Assembly (NCBI GenBank): GCA_050633305.1
Contig: JBOEGF010000008.1
Span: forward strand, 1-64,000
Source: Nannocystales bacterium
GTDB lineage: Bacteria; Myxococcota_A; Polyangia; Nannocystales; Nannocystaceae
Direction of reading: 5' to 3'
DNA: 64,000 nucleotides
Below are positions 11,001 through 19,941 of this stretch, one piece after another. Below the pieces are notes generated by a model. The model had not been told where the DNA came from and searched no databases. It worked only from the letters and a program-made list of their open reading frames with translations. A program made the translations under genes and the position numbers. The first letter of the stretch is position 1; each line of letters starts with the position of its first letter.

Positions 11001-12115
11001 ACGCAGTTCCACTGCAGCGCGTGCATGTAGGCCGCGAACGAGGCCGGCTCGTCGAACCGCGTCGCCGCGCCGACCCCCTCGTGGGCGGGGTCGATGCGCT
11101 GGACGCCGAGCTCCAGCTCCCAGAGGATCTGCAGCTCTCGGCCTTGGGCGTCGTCGTCCAGGCAGACGAGCTTGACCAGCGTGGCCTCGCGGAGGCCAGA
11201 GGGGCCGCGCCGGGCGGTGGGGTCGTCGGGCGGGTGGACCTCGGCGACCACGTACTGCCGGTGGCGGGCGCGGACCAGGTCGCCGGGTTGAGGGAGCTCG
11301 CCGGGCTCGAGGTCGGACGCGAGCCGATGCATGACGCCCTTAGGGAGGGCTGCGATGTCCGCTTGATAGCCGCGGAGGTCCTCGCGGACCGGCAGGGCTG
11401 GCGTGTCGGCCTTCTGCTCATCGACGAACGGCTCCGGCGCTTTCGGGGCGGCGGCGGCCTCCTCCGTCGCCTCGGCCTCCTCGAGCGTGATGCCGCGAGC
11501 GTCCGCCAAGATGGCGCGAATCAGCTCTGCCCGCGAAGTGCCCGACGGGGTCAGCGCGTAGTGCTTGCACACCGACTGCAGCTGCGGCCGGTCCAGCTCG
11601 TTGAGGAAGACTGGCAGGCTGCATGCCTGCTCCAGGGCTGCGGCCAGGCTTGTGATCCCCGGCTGCAGGGACGCGAAGTCGATCTCGAGGTTTGCGCCCT
11701 CGCGCAGGCGGCGCAGCACATCCTTGAGCGCCTGAGGGTCGAGCATCGGAACGATGCCCGAGACCGTCGGCTGCGACCGGCGAATGAACGCGTCGATGTC
11801 GAGCGCAAGCTGCTCTTGCTCCGGCGACGACTCTTCATCCGTCTCGTTGGAGTCTTCTCCCCGAATGCGACCGGCCAGTTCCGCCTTCGTGCCACTGACC
11901 GCCAGCTCGTGGCTTCGACAGATTCGCCGCAGCTCCGTGAGCGGGAGGGTTGCCAGTACATTTTGAAAGCTCGCGCGCTTCGACGACGCAAGCGCCTCGA
12001 TGAACGCGTCCTTCGGCTCCGCTTGAGCCGTTCCGAGCTCGAACTCTCGGTCGAGCTCGATCAGTCGCTTCTTTCCCAAGGTCGCCAGGACGGATCGTTT
12101 CGTCGGTCTCGCCAA
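8006..12115 (-). CDS. drmD: DISARM SNF2-like helicase DrmD with N-terminal SAP-like extension
   Basis: DrmD-type N-region (PGDLVRARHRQY...LDDDAQGRELQILWELE...QAPFRAGI), plus IADDVGLGKT, DEAH, LSATPHNG, ATDAAREGVNLQ and PWNPGRLEQRNGRIDR. A TTG start at 12115 is inferred; the ORF is open to 12271. Confidence 0.85.
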   Translation of the reverse strand: MARPTKRSVLATLGKKRLIELDREFELGTAQAEPKDAFIEALASSKRASFQNVLATLPLTELRRICRSHELAVSGTKAELAGRIRGEDSNETDEESSPEQEQLALDIDAFIRRSQPTVSGIVPMLDPQALKDVLRRLREGANLEIDFASLQPGITSLAAALEQACSLPVFLNELDRPQLQSVCKHYALTPSGTSRAELIRAILADARGITLEEAEATEEAAAAPKAPEPFVDEQKADTPALPVREDLRGYQADIAALPKGVMHRLASDLEPGELPQPGDLVRARHRQYVVAEVHPPDDPTARRGPSGLREATLVKLVCLDDDAQGRELQILWELELGVQRIDPAHEGVGAATRFDEPASFAAYMHALQWNCVTTATRPDDERVQAPFRAGIAVMQHQLVPLQKALSLPRANLFIADDVGLGKTIEAGLILQELLLRQRLETVLIVCPASICLQWQGEMERRFGLRFEIMNREHMARIRRERGANTNPWSCGRRFVVSYQTLRRPEYQESLLQLWSDLPSGKLPKSMLVLDEAHTVAPASNQRRYAVDSQLTKLARRITPAFENRLFLSATPHNGHSNSFSALLELLDPTRFTRGVPVEGREALDAVMVRRLKRDLKGVSTLQFPQRVLVELSLAREQEAWALTRRELGGETDSSRPLGEHSSPELELSELLAEYTALCSPSAKRDRQVFIGLQKRLLSSVPAFERTLRVHMDRTSPRLLEQMPEEERSEPDALGEIVAGDDDGGTTAHELDDAVLAQVGRAVAPAESSRARAETLLETMASLCRSSDRRPEAKILALLDWIQHNQCPAAGAQWLPTEKGASTQWSDQRLIIFTEYADTARYILKMLRAALPEDQDPERSAVASFHGAMSDDQRRELQARFNTHPASDPVRILVATDAAREGVNLQAYCADLLHYDIPWNPGRLEQRNGRIDRTLQPSPQVRCMYFAYPQRTEDRVLQVVVEKVDRIHRELGSLSAVVLDRIEEALEPYGIDGQTQGRLELAAEGDADEAAAVVSEMEATRTDVAKIRAEIEAAGDCYERSRRFFEPDAQGLQSTVEKAMALSGSEGGFEPTDLGRDPQHPKEAQHYALPKLPPEWSRTLDPLRAPKPRELSWWEWRQKCTPRPVVFEPLQRMTDEVVQLHLEHPVVRRALRRFTAQGYAAHDLQRACLLRYEGTRERVVLLGRMSLFGAGATRLHDGLVEVVADVREGKPPSVVTGNAARQSLEQMRAALRDPDAGWNPSEGFTRPRLERIRDDVASLWPVLRAAAEDDAQELERLLDDRGAREAEQLAGILEAQRTKIHAALGRDEALSEAQTSEGRQRRLDRNHMQGRLDALQTELSSEPEALRAHYSVLTRRIEAVGLVYLVPETR

Positions 12116-12730
12116 TCTCAGTGCCGCTCCTGCATGCGGTCGCGAGGCTAACAGGACCGGTGCCCAGCCTGTGGGCCGAAGCGTGTATCGAATCGAGACA
12201 CCTCGCCCACTTCGCCATCGCCCGCGGTCAGCCCGATGCTCCCTCAACACGAACCGGAGAAACCGTGTCACCGGCTTGCGATCCTCCCCCGTTTCTTCGC
12301 TCGCAAAACTGCGAGTCTGGGGTCATCACGCGGCAACGGGCACAGGCGATGACGTTCCACCCGGAAGCCGCCCCGGGACCTTGTCGGTCAGAGTGGCCAC
12401 CCTGTCGTGGTCGGCCATGTCCTGCTCCGTCACCGACAGCGTGACGACGTCTCCCGCGGAGAGGACCAAGGCGGATGCAAACCTCTCGGAAACGACGTAG
12501 CAGTCGCGAGCTTCCGCATCGCGACTGCTGCCTCCGGCCGTGATTCGGCAGGTCGTCGGCCGTGCGCGATCACCAGCGCCCGGAACAGCGCAGGAAGTTG
12601 CTTCTGCCCGCCTGCTCATCGCGCCCGGTCATTCCGGAGCACACACGCGGCCAGCCGGCTTGACGCGAACCTGTCCCTAAGGGCAGATCAGGCTGGCGAC
12701 TTCGCGGAGCGGCCGTCTACGGTCGTCTGC

Positions 12731-13537
12731 ATGGAAGACCTAAGAGAGGAACTCGAACAACAGGTCAACGCAATCCCAGCCGACGCGAAGGTCTCGCTCG
12801 GCGTGCCGCTGCATGTGCTCTTGGGCGAAGCGGTCGACCTCGCGGCATTCGTCCGCCGCGTGTGGGAGCCAACCGATGCACATCCCGGGCTCTCGAGCGC
12901 GGCACGTCGAATCGACGACAGAATCGGTGAAGACCTCCTCGCGCTGGTGGACGCCGCGCAGGAACAACACACCCAGTTTCGTCTCGCCGCCGAACCGCCC
13001 ACGTCGCGTGAAGAGGTCGAGCGGGGTGTGGAGATTCTCGACGAGCTGACCGCGGTCCTGCAGTTCCACTTCGACGATGGCATCGACGACGAGCGTGATG
13101 CTCAACTCAGTGCCATCGATGGTTTGTACGGTGAGCATTCGACGTCCGACGACGCCCTCGCTACCGCCCTATTCGACTATGCCAGCCTGGCGCAGGAACA
13201 CCGGGCGGTGCTGGGTGGCCTCGGGGGATTCGACGCCGCGCTCATCGACGAGGCTCGCGCACTCTCGCAGGTTGTCCGAGCACGGTCCGCTCAAACGCCG
13301 ACCGAGCGGACCGAAGCCGCCCGGCAGCACCGGGTTCGTCGCGATCAGATCGTCGCCGTGTTGGATCGACAGGTGAAGCTCGTCCGCGCTGCCGCTCGGT
13401 TTGCGTTTCGCGGGGTTCCGCAGCTGGTGCGCGAGGCGGGAAGCGCGTATGGGCGGCGAGCTCGGGCGGCCGCGAGGCGGCGGAAGGCTGCGCAGGACAG
13501 GCAGGAGTTGGCGACGGACACTGCCGCCGAGTCCTAG
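12731..13537 (+). CDS. Hypothetical all-helical protein (~268 aa)
   Basis: Protein-like composition from ATG 12731 (MEDLREELEQQ...) with a basic C-terminal tail. The ORF-track extension back to 12407 looks non-coding. Confidence 0.7.
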   Translation: MEDLREELEQQVNAIPADAKVSLGVPLHVLLGEAVDLAAFVRRVWEPTDAHPGLSSAARRIDDRIGEDLLALVDAAQEQHTQFRLAAEPPTSREEVERGVEILDELTAVLQFHFDDGIDDERDAQLSAIDGLYGEHSTSDDALATALFDYASLAQEHRAVLGGLGGFDAALIDEARALSQVVRARSAQTPTERTEAARQHRVRRDQIVAVLDRQVKLVRAAARFAFRGVPQLVREAGSAYGRRARAAARRRKAAQDRQELATDTAAES

Positions 13538-13640
13538 GACACCCCGAAGGCTTCTCGGACACCGGAAACGCGTTCTCGGACACGGGACGAGGCTTCTCGG
13601 ACACCGGGAAGGGCTTCTCGGACACCGGGAGGCTCTCCCT
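13516..13640. repeat. Tandem ~21-bp repeat, GGACAC-N(9-10)-TTCTC, 5-6 units
   Basis: GGACAC occurs at 13516, 13537, 13557, 13578, 13599 and 13620 (spacing 21/20/21/21/21), with variable central bases. Confidence 0.9.
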
Positions 13641-13660
13641 GGGAGCGTGTCCGACTTTTT
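13618..13660 (+). terminator. Probable intrinsic terminator formed with the last repeat unit
   Basis: TCGGACAC (13618) and GTGTCCGA (ending 13654) form an inverted repeat enclosing GCTCTCCCTGGGAGC, followed by CTTTTT. Confidence 0.55.
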
Positions 13661-14086
13661 GTGTTTGCGCAGCCCCCCACCTCCTGCCCGCTCTTCATCA
13701 CCGCGCACGCGTCATCAAAGTGCTGCGCGCTGGTCTGCAGACTCTCCCGCGCCTCCACCCCGGGGAGTGCGTCCGCCGGTGAACCTGCACCACCCGCGCG
13801 TCCAACCGAAGCCGAGCCACCGCCTCCGGCAACCGGTTGTCATGCGCGAACGCTAGAGATCGACGACGACGGCATCAAGCTCCTGAGCTTCGAGTCCAGG
13901 CGCCTTCTCGGCGAAACCGGCTTCGACCAAGGAGACATCATCCTCAGCCTCAACGGGGTTCTCGCCACGGATCCCCTGGCCCTCCAGAACGAGGTCGTCG
14001 AGCTTTCGCACGCAAGCCCGGGCCTCGCGGTGATCAAATACCGATGCAGCGGTACAATCCGGACTCGTCGGGTTCGCGCGGAGTAG
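13661..14086 (+). CDS. Small PDZ-like domain protein or fragment (GspC-type PDZ-like)
   Basis: GIKLLSFESRRLLGETGFDQGDIILSLNG matches the PDZ G(L/F)..GD.I..(I/L)NG pattern. The stop lies 4 nt before the next ATG. The start is uncertain. Confidence 0.4.
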   Translation: MFAQPPTSCPLFITAHASSKCCALVCRLSRASTPGSASAGEPAPPARPTEAEPPPPATGCHARTLEIDDDGIKLLSFESRRLLGETGFDQGDIILSLNGVLATDPLALQNEVVELSHASPGLAVIKYRCSGTIRTRRVRAE

Positions 14087-14090
14087 CACC

Positions 14091-15185
14091 ATGCGGTCGT
14101 TTCCCATCCTTCTCCTCGCAACGGCATGCATCGTCTCGTGCGCCGAGCAAGAGCCGCTCCCCGTCTTTGGAGAGAGGGTGTGGGATGGGGAGCACCTCGA
14201 GATCTGGGCCACTGATGATGCGCGCATCTGTGGTGGGTCCTACGAAGCGCTCGACCACCACGCCCAACAGGTCAGTGAGTACGTCAACCCGCTTGGTCTC
14301 TCTTCCAACACCGAGCGATACCGGTACTATTGGCTCTCGCCGGAAGAACACGAGGAGTACGACCCCTGCCCAAGCGTCGGGGGTGGCTGTTTCCGCGGTG
14401 CCACAGCTGTCTACGCCTCGCGCTACAGCTCGCACGAAGTCGTCCATGCCGAGTTCGCGCTCGGTCATCATTCCTTCGTCGATGAAGGTCTCGCCGTGAT
14501 GCTTGGGGACTTCGGCCTTGGAGAGATCGTCGAGACGACCAGCATCCCCGACATCATCGACGAAACACAGGGTCGGTCACTCCACAACGAGCACTACGGA
14601 TCCGCCGGAAAGTTCATCCGGGCGATGGAGGAACTTCACCCCGAGGAGTTTCTCCCTCCGCTGTTGGAGACCGAACGCACCGATGACTTCGAGCGCTTTG
14701 CTACGACGGTCACCCAAGGCGACGTTGATCTCGACGCCGCCATCACACTCAACGAGAGCGAAAGCGAATGTCGGCTCGAGGCTTTCCGCCTCGCCGTCTC
14801 TGAGTGCAGCCTTGTTCCCCTCGCGTGGGCCAACGAAGCCGAGTGGAGTGCATCAGGAGTGCTCGACTGCGCCTCCGAACACACCGTGGGTCCTGACGCC
14901 AGCGGTGCCATTTGGACCATCCGCAGCTTCGATATCGTCGAACGCGGCAGCTACACCGTCACCGCAGTCACCGAAGGTTTCGCAGTTCTCGCCGGATGCG
15001 ACGCGCCCTGGTGTGGCTCCGCCTTTACCGGCGCCTTCAAGCCTCCAGGGTGGCTGCTCCTGGTCTCGACCGTCCCCAGCACAGTCGAAATGGAGCCTGG
15101 TCGGTACTGGATCCGAGTCGAACAGGAGATCGAGCAGGACCCCGCCCCCTTCAGCCTCTCCGTCGTTCGCGAGCGCGATGAGTAG
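14091..15185 (+). CDS. Lipoprotein with HEXXH zinc-metallopeptidase-like motif
   Basis: Signal/lipobox MRSFPILLLATACIVSC. SHEVVHAEF...FVDEGLA gives HEXXH plus a downstream Glu (gluzincin-like). Confidence 0.75.
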   Translation: MRSFPILLLATACIVSCAEQEPLPVFGERVWDGEHLEIWATDDARICGGSYEALDHHAQQVSEYVNPLGLSSNTERYRYYWLSPEEHEEYDPCPSVGGGCFRGATAVYASRYSSHEVVHAEFALGHHSFVDEGLAVMLGDFGLGEIVETTSIPDIIDETQGRSLHNEHYGSAGKFIRAMEELHPEEFLPPLLETERTDDFERFATTVTQGDVDLDAAITLNESESECRLEAFRLAVSECSLVPLAWANEAEWSASGVLDCASEHTVGPDASGAIWTIRSFDIVERGSYTVTAVTEGFAVLAGCDAPWCGSAFTGAFKPPGWLLLVSTVPSTVEMEPGRYWIRVEQEIEQDPAPFSLSVVRERDE

Positions 15186-15303
15186 ACGCGGTTCGTTGCT
15201 TCTCAGGACAGTGGCCCCGGGACCCGTAGCCCGCGCGGTTCAACCGTTCAACCTCACCGGGAAGCCCGAATTATTCAGCACTCCCCTCGTAGGCCCGTGG
15301 TCA

Positions 15304-15401
15304 CGACCGCAAGCGGCGTGCGCTCGAAGACCCGTCTGGCGATTCGCGAATTGGCTGGCACGCCACAGCCCCAGGATCTCAAGCCCAGCTTCGGGTGAAG
15401 C
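15304..15401. repeat. Dispersed degenerate repeat, copy 1 (partner at 21483-21572)
   Basis: CAGGATCTCAAGCCCAGCTTCGGGTGAAGC (15372-15401) matches 21543-21572 at 27/30. An upstream 46-nt block matches at ~32/46 by manual alignment. Confidence 0.7.
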
Positions 15402-15764
15402 ACTCGAGAGCGGACAACGGCCGGGCTTGAGGACGGGCGACAATAAGGCATGCGCACATCGAAGGCGGCTCCTCGTGGATTGCCTCTCAGTCACAGGCGA
15501 ATCGGTCCGACCGGCCCACGTTGACCTAGTCATCGGATGAGAAAAGGAGCCCCAGTTGTCGAACTGGATTCTTTCAGTGGACTCGAGGCAATGTATGCGA
15601 AGACGGGGAAGTCGGCCTTTTCTCCCGGGCAGCGAATGTCGATAAAACTCGGCAGTGTCCCTACGTTCTGACGGTGGATGCTCGTCGGCTTCAGACGGTC
15701 AACCTGTCCATCCGCGGCCGGGCTGGTTGCGACCACCGGCACCGTCGGCCACCATGGGCCTCCC

Positions 15765-17399
15765 GTGGCCGACATCCGCGTCCATATCGACACGCTCGAA
15801 TACACCCGCGACGGCCTCGCGTCCCGTGAGCCGATCCCCCTCCAGGTCGGCCAGCACAACCGCGTCGTCCTCATTCGGCCCGACCGCGTCCCCCCAGTGC
15901 CCGCCAGCTACGGCGGGTTCCCCTCGAACTCCTCCTTCCCGGGCCCCGGCGTCCTCTCGCTCATGCGCCGCGTCCACGCCGACCACCTCGGCGGACACAC
16001 CTACCAACTCTTCGCCCACGCGGATGCCGCGGGAACCGACGGCGACAACAAAGCCCTCACCGATAGACGTGCTGAGGCGGCCCGGGCTCTACTTGTAGGA
16101 GATGTCGACGCGCTGGTCACCACGTGGCGGGACGAAGCATGGGACGACACCACGTTCCAGGTCATGCTTCGTGCGCTCGAGTGCGATCCGGGCAGCATCG
16201 ACGGCATCCTCGGCGAGGTAACCACAGCCGCAGTCGAGAAGTTCCAGCAGCGATACAACGACGGCGACTACGTCCAGGCATCTTCGCTCGCAGAACAGGC
16301 CGCTCGCTTCGAGTCACTCGAAGTCGACGGCGACCTCGGCCCGCTGACCCAAGAGGCGCTCGTGGAGTCGTACGTCATCGCTTTCAGCCCTGCGGTCGAT
16401 CCGCAGGCGCTCCATCCCACCCACGCAGCCAACGGATGTGCGGGATTCAACCGAGCCACAGACGATGCTGGGTCCGCGCTGAATCGACGGGTATCCCTTC
16501 TGGTCCACGCCGCCGCCGTGGCATATCCGGACTCGACGCCGTGCACACCTGGGGACCCACAGCGATGTCCGGTCGTGGGCGAACCCCGCCTCGGATGCAT
16601 GTGGTACCGCGAACACGTTCGCGAGCCAGCACCGGCTCTGGCCCAACACGAGCACTTCTCGCCATCATGGCTGCAGCTGCCCAACGGACGATTCATGCTC
16701 AGCGTCCTCACGACGGTCCCTGAAGAAGAGACGGTGACGTTCGAGGTCTGGCGGTCCACCGAGCCCGCCGACGACACCTCCCACGAACCTCCTTCCTTCT
16801 TCGACGAGCCCCTCTCCGAATCCATCACCGTCAACCCTGTCCGCGGGATCGCACAGGTCGTTTGGGACCCCCCGGAGACCTTCGCCCCTTCGGAAGCCGG
16901 GCGCGTCGAAACGGCTCAAGGCGAGCCAGGATGGGTTCCCGTCTTCCGAGTCCACCACGAGGGCTCGAACTCGGGGAAGTCGGCGACCCGACACGCGAGT
17001 TTCCCCGGACGCGCTCTCGTCGTCTTGTTCTCCCGGTCCGATTTGGGCGGGACCTTCAAGGGCAGCGATGTCCACGAACTCGAGCTCACCTGCGACAACG
17101 GAATGAGCCAGCGCCGCCCGGCGACATCGGCCGTCGAGGCCGACCCTGCGAACTACATCCTACGCTTCGAGGGGTTTCCCGAATCGGGCACCTTCAGCCT
17201 CGTCGCCCACCACGGCGACCGGACTCAACACACAGTGTTCGAAGGCGTCGAGTACGCGCAACTCGAGGCCCGCCCCGAGGCTGATCCCGTCGAGTTCTCG
17301 ACCGGAATACACTGGTGGTCCTCTCCACAGGACGCGGTCATCGACCCTCCCCCTGAACTCTCGTTCGCGGACGACGAAGACGACGAGCTGGGCGAATAG
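15765..17399 (+). CDS. OmpA-like/peptidoglycan-binding domain protein (putative effector carrier/adaptor)
   Basis: OmpA-like AHADAAGTDGDNKALTDRRAEA...NRRVSLL split by a PG-binding insert (DPGSIDGILGEVTTAAVEKFQ, VDGDLGPLT). The GTG start at 15765 is inferred; the ORF is open from 15678. Confidence 0.75.
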   Translation: MADIRVHIDTLEYTRDGLASREPIPLQVGQHNRVVLIRPDRVPPVPASYGGFPSNSSFPGPGVLSLMRRVHADHLGGHTYQLFAHADAAGTDGDNKALTDRRAEAARALLVGDVDALVTTWRDEAWDDTTFQVMLRALECDPGSIDGILGEVTTAAVEKFQQRYNDGDYVQASSLAEQAARFESLEVDGDLGPLTQEALVESYVIAFSPAVDPQALHPTHAANGCAGFNRATDDAGSALNRRVSLLVHAAAVAYPDSTPCTPGDPQRCPVVGEPRLGCMWYREHVREPAPALAQHEHFSPSWLQLPNGRFMLSVLTTVPEEETVTFEVWRSTEPADDTSHEPPSFFDEPLSESITVNPVRGIAQVVWDPPETFAPSEAGRVETAQGEPGWVPVFRVHHEGSNSGKSATRHASFPGRALVVLFSRSDLGGTFKGSDVHELELTCDNGMSQRRPATSAVEADPANYILRFEGFPESGTFSLVAHHGDRTQHTVFEGVEYAQLEARPEADPVEFSTGIHWWSSPQDAVIDPPPELSFADDEDDELGE

Positions 17400-17413
17400 C
17401 CGAGGCACGCTCC

Positions 17414-19939
17414 ATGCTCAACACCGACTCACTCCGCCAAGACCTCGTCGTCTCACGATTCGGCTTTCAGCCAGCGTTCGTCCACTACCCCTCCTGGACC
17501 CACACGTGGAAGTACGACTTTGGCACCGCAACGTACAAGCCCACCGATCCGGGGAACGAGCCGAAGAGCTGGACGCCCGGGCGCCCGTTCGCGCGGAAGA
17601 CCTCGAAGGGCGCAATCCCGAGCTACACCCGCGGTGTCACCAAACAGCTCGGGACGCTACCCAAGCACTGGATCTACGTCTTCGCGTTCTCCCCCGAGAA
17701 CCTCAGGGTCGACTACTTCGCCGAGATCTTCAGCGACCAAGAGTCGAAGCAGCTGGTGAACCCCGCCAACACGAAGGCGTTTAGGCTGGACTGGGATCCG
17801 GACATGGAGCTCACCCACGCCTTTCCGGAGCTCCCGGCCCAGTCCAACGGGCAAGGATGGTTCTACACCGCCATCGGGGTTCCCTACCGGCTCTCGGACG
17901 ACTGCGTCGACGAACTCGAGAAGAAGCTCCTCTCACTGGTGGACTGGGAAGATAGCTCCAAGGCCAAACCCGAGACGACTACGGACGATAGAGGCCACAC
18001 ATTCGCGCTCGATGCTCCAATCCGCTTCGAGCTACCGGTTCTCTACCCGTTCAACGTGCTCGAGACGTCCGCCAACAACTTGCTGCGAGCCAGGTCCCTG
18101 CACGCGATCAGTTTCGGCTCGCAGATGAAGGTCGCCCATGGTCGGCGAAGCGGGGGGGACTATCGGGCGGCTAACCGAGCGAGGAACAATCTTCCCAAGC
18201 AGGCCTTCATTCGGGGCCTGCTTCAATTCCTGGACATCCCCGAGTTCGGAGACGACCTAGAAGAACGGCTTCGTGCGGGCGGAAAGTCGAGTATGGAGTC
18301 GGATCTCGCCGACATTGAGTTCGACCAGCAGCGACACCATGTCGTCTCAGAGAGCTATGCACGCGATATCGCGGGATGGATGCTGCGCGGGCTGTTCCGA
18401 ACCCTGCTCGACGGATACCACGTGCCGGATGGCAAGCTGTCGAGCGTCGATCCACGCCCCATCCTGGAGCCGGTCGAACTCGCAGCGAAGGCGTTGAGCA
18501 CTTGCGCTTTCGGCATCGACTTCCTTGCGTCGTTCCAGGGTCCACTATGGGAAGGCACCCTCGTGGGTGTGGCAGCGTCCCCTCGCCACCCGTTCAGCAA
18601 GGACCACTGGGACATGGCCGCGAAGTATGGAAAGGGCACCCTATCCATCTTCACCGCGGTTCTCGCCGCACGCACGTTCAAGCAGAACACGTCGACGATG
18701 GAGGCCATGACCCAGCTGGAAGCGTCTCTCAAGGCGCACGTTCCTGGCTGGAAGGGGAACATCGAGGTCAGAAACGCCTTCATGAAGAGCCACCTGCCCA
18801 AATCGAAGGGTGGCAAGTTCGCTCCGGCTGAGGTGCGCATCAGAAAACTGCGAATCGACCAAGACGGACTCGACAAGATTGCGAAAGGAATGGGGCACGC
18901 AGAGATCGCGCTCGAGGCCCTGGATGGGGTCAACCTGGCCTTCGCCGTCGCCGACTATCAGGAGAGATTCGGCTCCGGTCCCACCGGGGAGCTCAAGGCA
19001 ACGGCAGATGTCGCGTTCGCGGCTGGGGACTTCTTGGCCACGCTTGCGACCCGCGTGGCTCCAAATGCCGCGAAACGGATGAGCGCCGTCTTCGGGATCG
19101 TCTCAGCGCTCTACAGCAGCAAGGGCGACGTCGACGACATGTTTGACCGTTGGGCGAGCGGCGATACGGACGCAGCGGCTGCAAAGGCGGCGATGGTCGT
19201 CGGCGCGGCGGGGTCCATGATCACGGCCGCCGGCGCCCTCACCGGTATTGCAGTCCTGGGGCCGATTGGCGCCGTCGGGGTCGCGATTGGGGTGATCGGC
19301 ACGGCGATCTACGAGTTCGCGAAGGATACCGAGCTCGAGCTCCTGGTCGAGTTCTGTGGCTACGGGGGGCGCGCGGGCACCGAGGACAACGACGCGAACC
19401 CCGGTTGGACGAACAGCCCGCTTGGAATCCTCGCAGGTTCTTGGGAGCGACAGCTTGAGGCGCTCTCCGCGATCCAGTGTGACTTCAACCTCCGCATAGA
19501 GACGCACGACAAGCACCGCCTCAAGGACGGCCGCGTTATCGATGTACACCACGCGCGCCTCCGAGCAACAAGCCTCGACAGCTGGACGGAATTCGTCGTG
19601 CAGTGGAAGGTCGGAGAGTCGACCGAGGAAGAGACGTTCTCAGGCGCTCAGGTTCAACGCCGGCTCCAAGCGGGAATGATGGTCGACGGAGAGATGAAGA
19701 AGGAAGCCGGACTCACCCCGTTCCTGCTGCTTGAGGTTCCCGACCGTCTTGTGGACGGCTCCTTCAACACAGTCGAACTACGCGTCGTCCGCCTCGCAAA
19801 GGCCCACGGAGTCCGCTCCGTCGTCTTCGGAAAAGGGCGGGACGGGTTGGCCTTGCCACTAGGTGGACCGCTTCTTCTCCCAGTTGGAGGGTCCCAGATC
19901 TCGGTCCCGAGTTCGCGTCGGAGCCTCGAGAAAAGCTAG
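17414..19939 (+). CDS. Putative membrane-targeting toxin/effector (VasX/BTH_I2691-like architecture)
   Basis: 841 aa with no signal peptide. A Gly/Ala-rich hydrophobic helical bundle (AAMVVGAAGSMITAAGALTGIAVLGPIGAVGVAIGVIGTAIY) is followed by KDTELELLVEFCGYG, like the D..LE.W...C.FG segment of VasX-like T6SS effectors. Confidence 0.6.
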   Translation: MLNTDSLRQDLVVSRFGFQPAFVHYPSWTHTWKYDFGTATYKPTDPGNEPKSWTPGRPFARKTSKGAIPSYTRGVTKQLGTLPKHWIYVFAFSPENLRVDYFAEIFSDQESKQLVNPANTKAFRLDWDPDMELTHAFPELPAQSNGQGWFYTAIGVPYRLSDDCVDELEKKLLSLVDWEDSSKAKPETTTDDRGHTFALDAPIRFELPVLYPFNVLETSANNLLRARSLHAISFGSQMKVAHGRRSGGDYRAANRARNNLPKQAFIRGLLQFLDIPEFGDDLEERLRAGGKSSMESDLADIEFDQQRHHVVSESYARDIAGWMLRGLFRTLLDGYHVPDGKLSSVDPRPILEPVELAAKALSTCAFGIDFLASFQGPLWEGTLVGVAASPRHPFSKDHWDMAAKYGKGTLSIFTAVLAARTFKQNTSTMEAMTQLEASLKAHVPGWKGNIEVRNAFMKSHLPKSKGGKFAPAEVRIRKLRIDQDGLDKIAKGMGHAEIALEALDGVNLAFAVADYQERFGSGPTGELKATADVAFAAGDFLATLATRVAPNAAKRMSAVFGIVSALYSSKGDVDDMFDRWASGDTDAAAAKAAMVVGAAGSMITAAGALTGIAVLGPIGAVGVAIGVIGTAIYEFAKDTELELLVEFCGYGGRAGTEDNDANPGWTNSPLGILAGSWERQLEALSAIQCDFNLRIETHDKHRLKDGRVIDVHHARLRATSLDSWTEFVVQWKVGESTEEETFSGAQVQRRLQAGMMVDGEMKKEAGLTPFLLLEVPDRLVDGSFNTVELRVVRLAKAHGVRSVVFGKGRDGLALPLGGPLLLPVGGSQISVPSSRRSLEKS

Positions 19940-19941
19940 CC

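Noticed and set aside
8072..12151. 1359-aa plus-strand ORF, and similar long antisense ORFs (38874-42332, 37505-39490, 25699-27303)
   Set aside because: These are shadow frames opposite well-supported genes in high-GC DNA. They are Arg/His/Pro-rich and have no motifs.
12326..12619. 97-aa minus-strand ORF upstream of drmD with a C2-like fragment (LSVTEQDMADHDRVATL)
   Set aside because: No convincing start or RBS, and similarity is too short to support a call. It may be a remnant.
13516..13640. Possible CRISPR array
   Set aside because: The period is only 21 bp with ~10-nt variable parts that resemble one another, and there are no cas genes. This is too short for repeat-spacer units.
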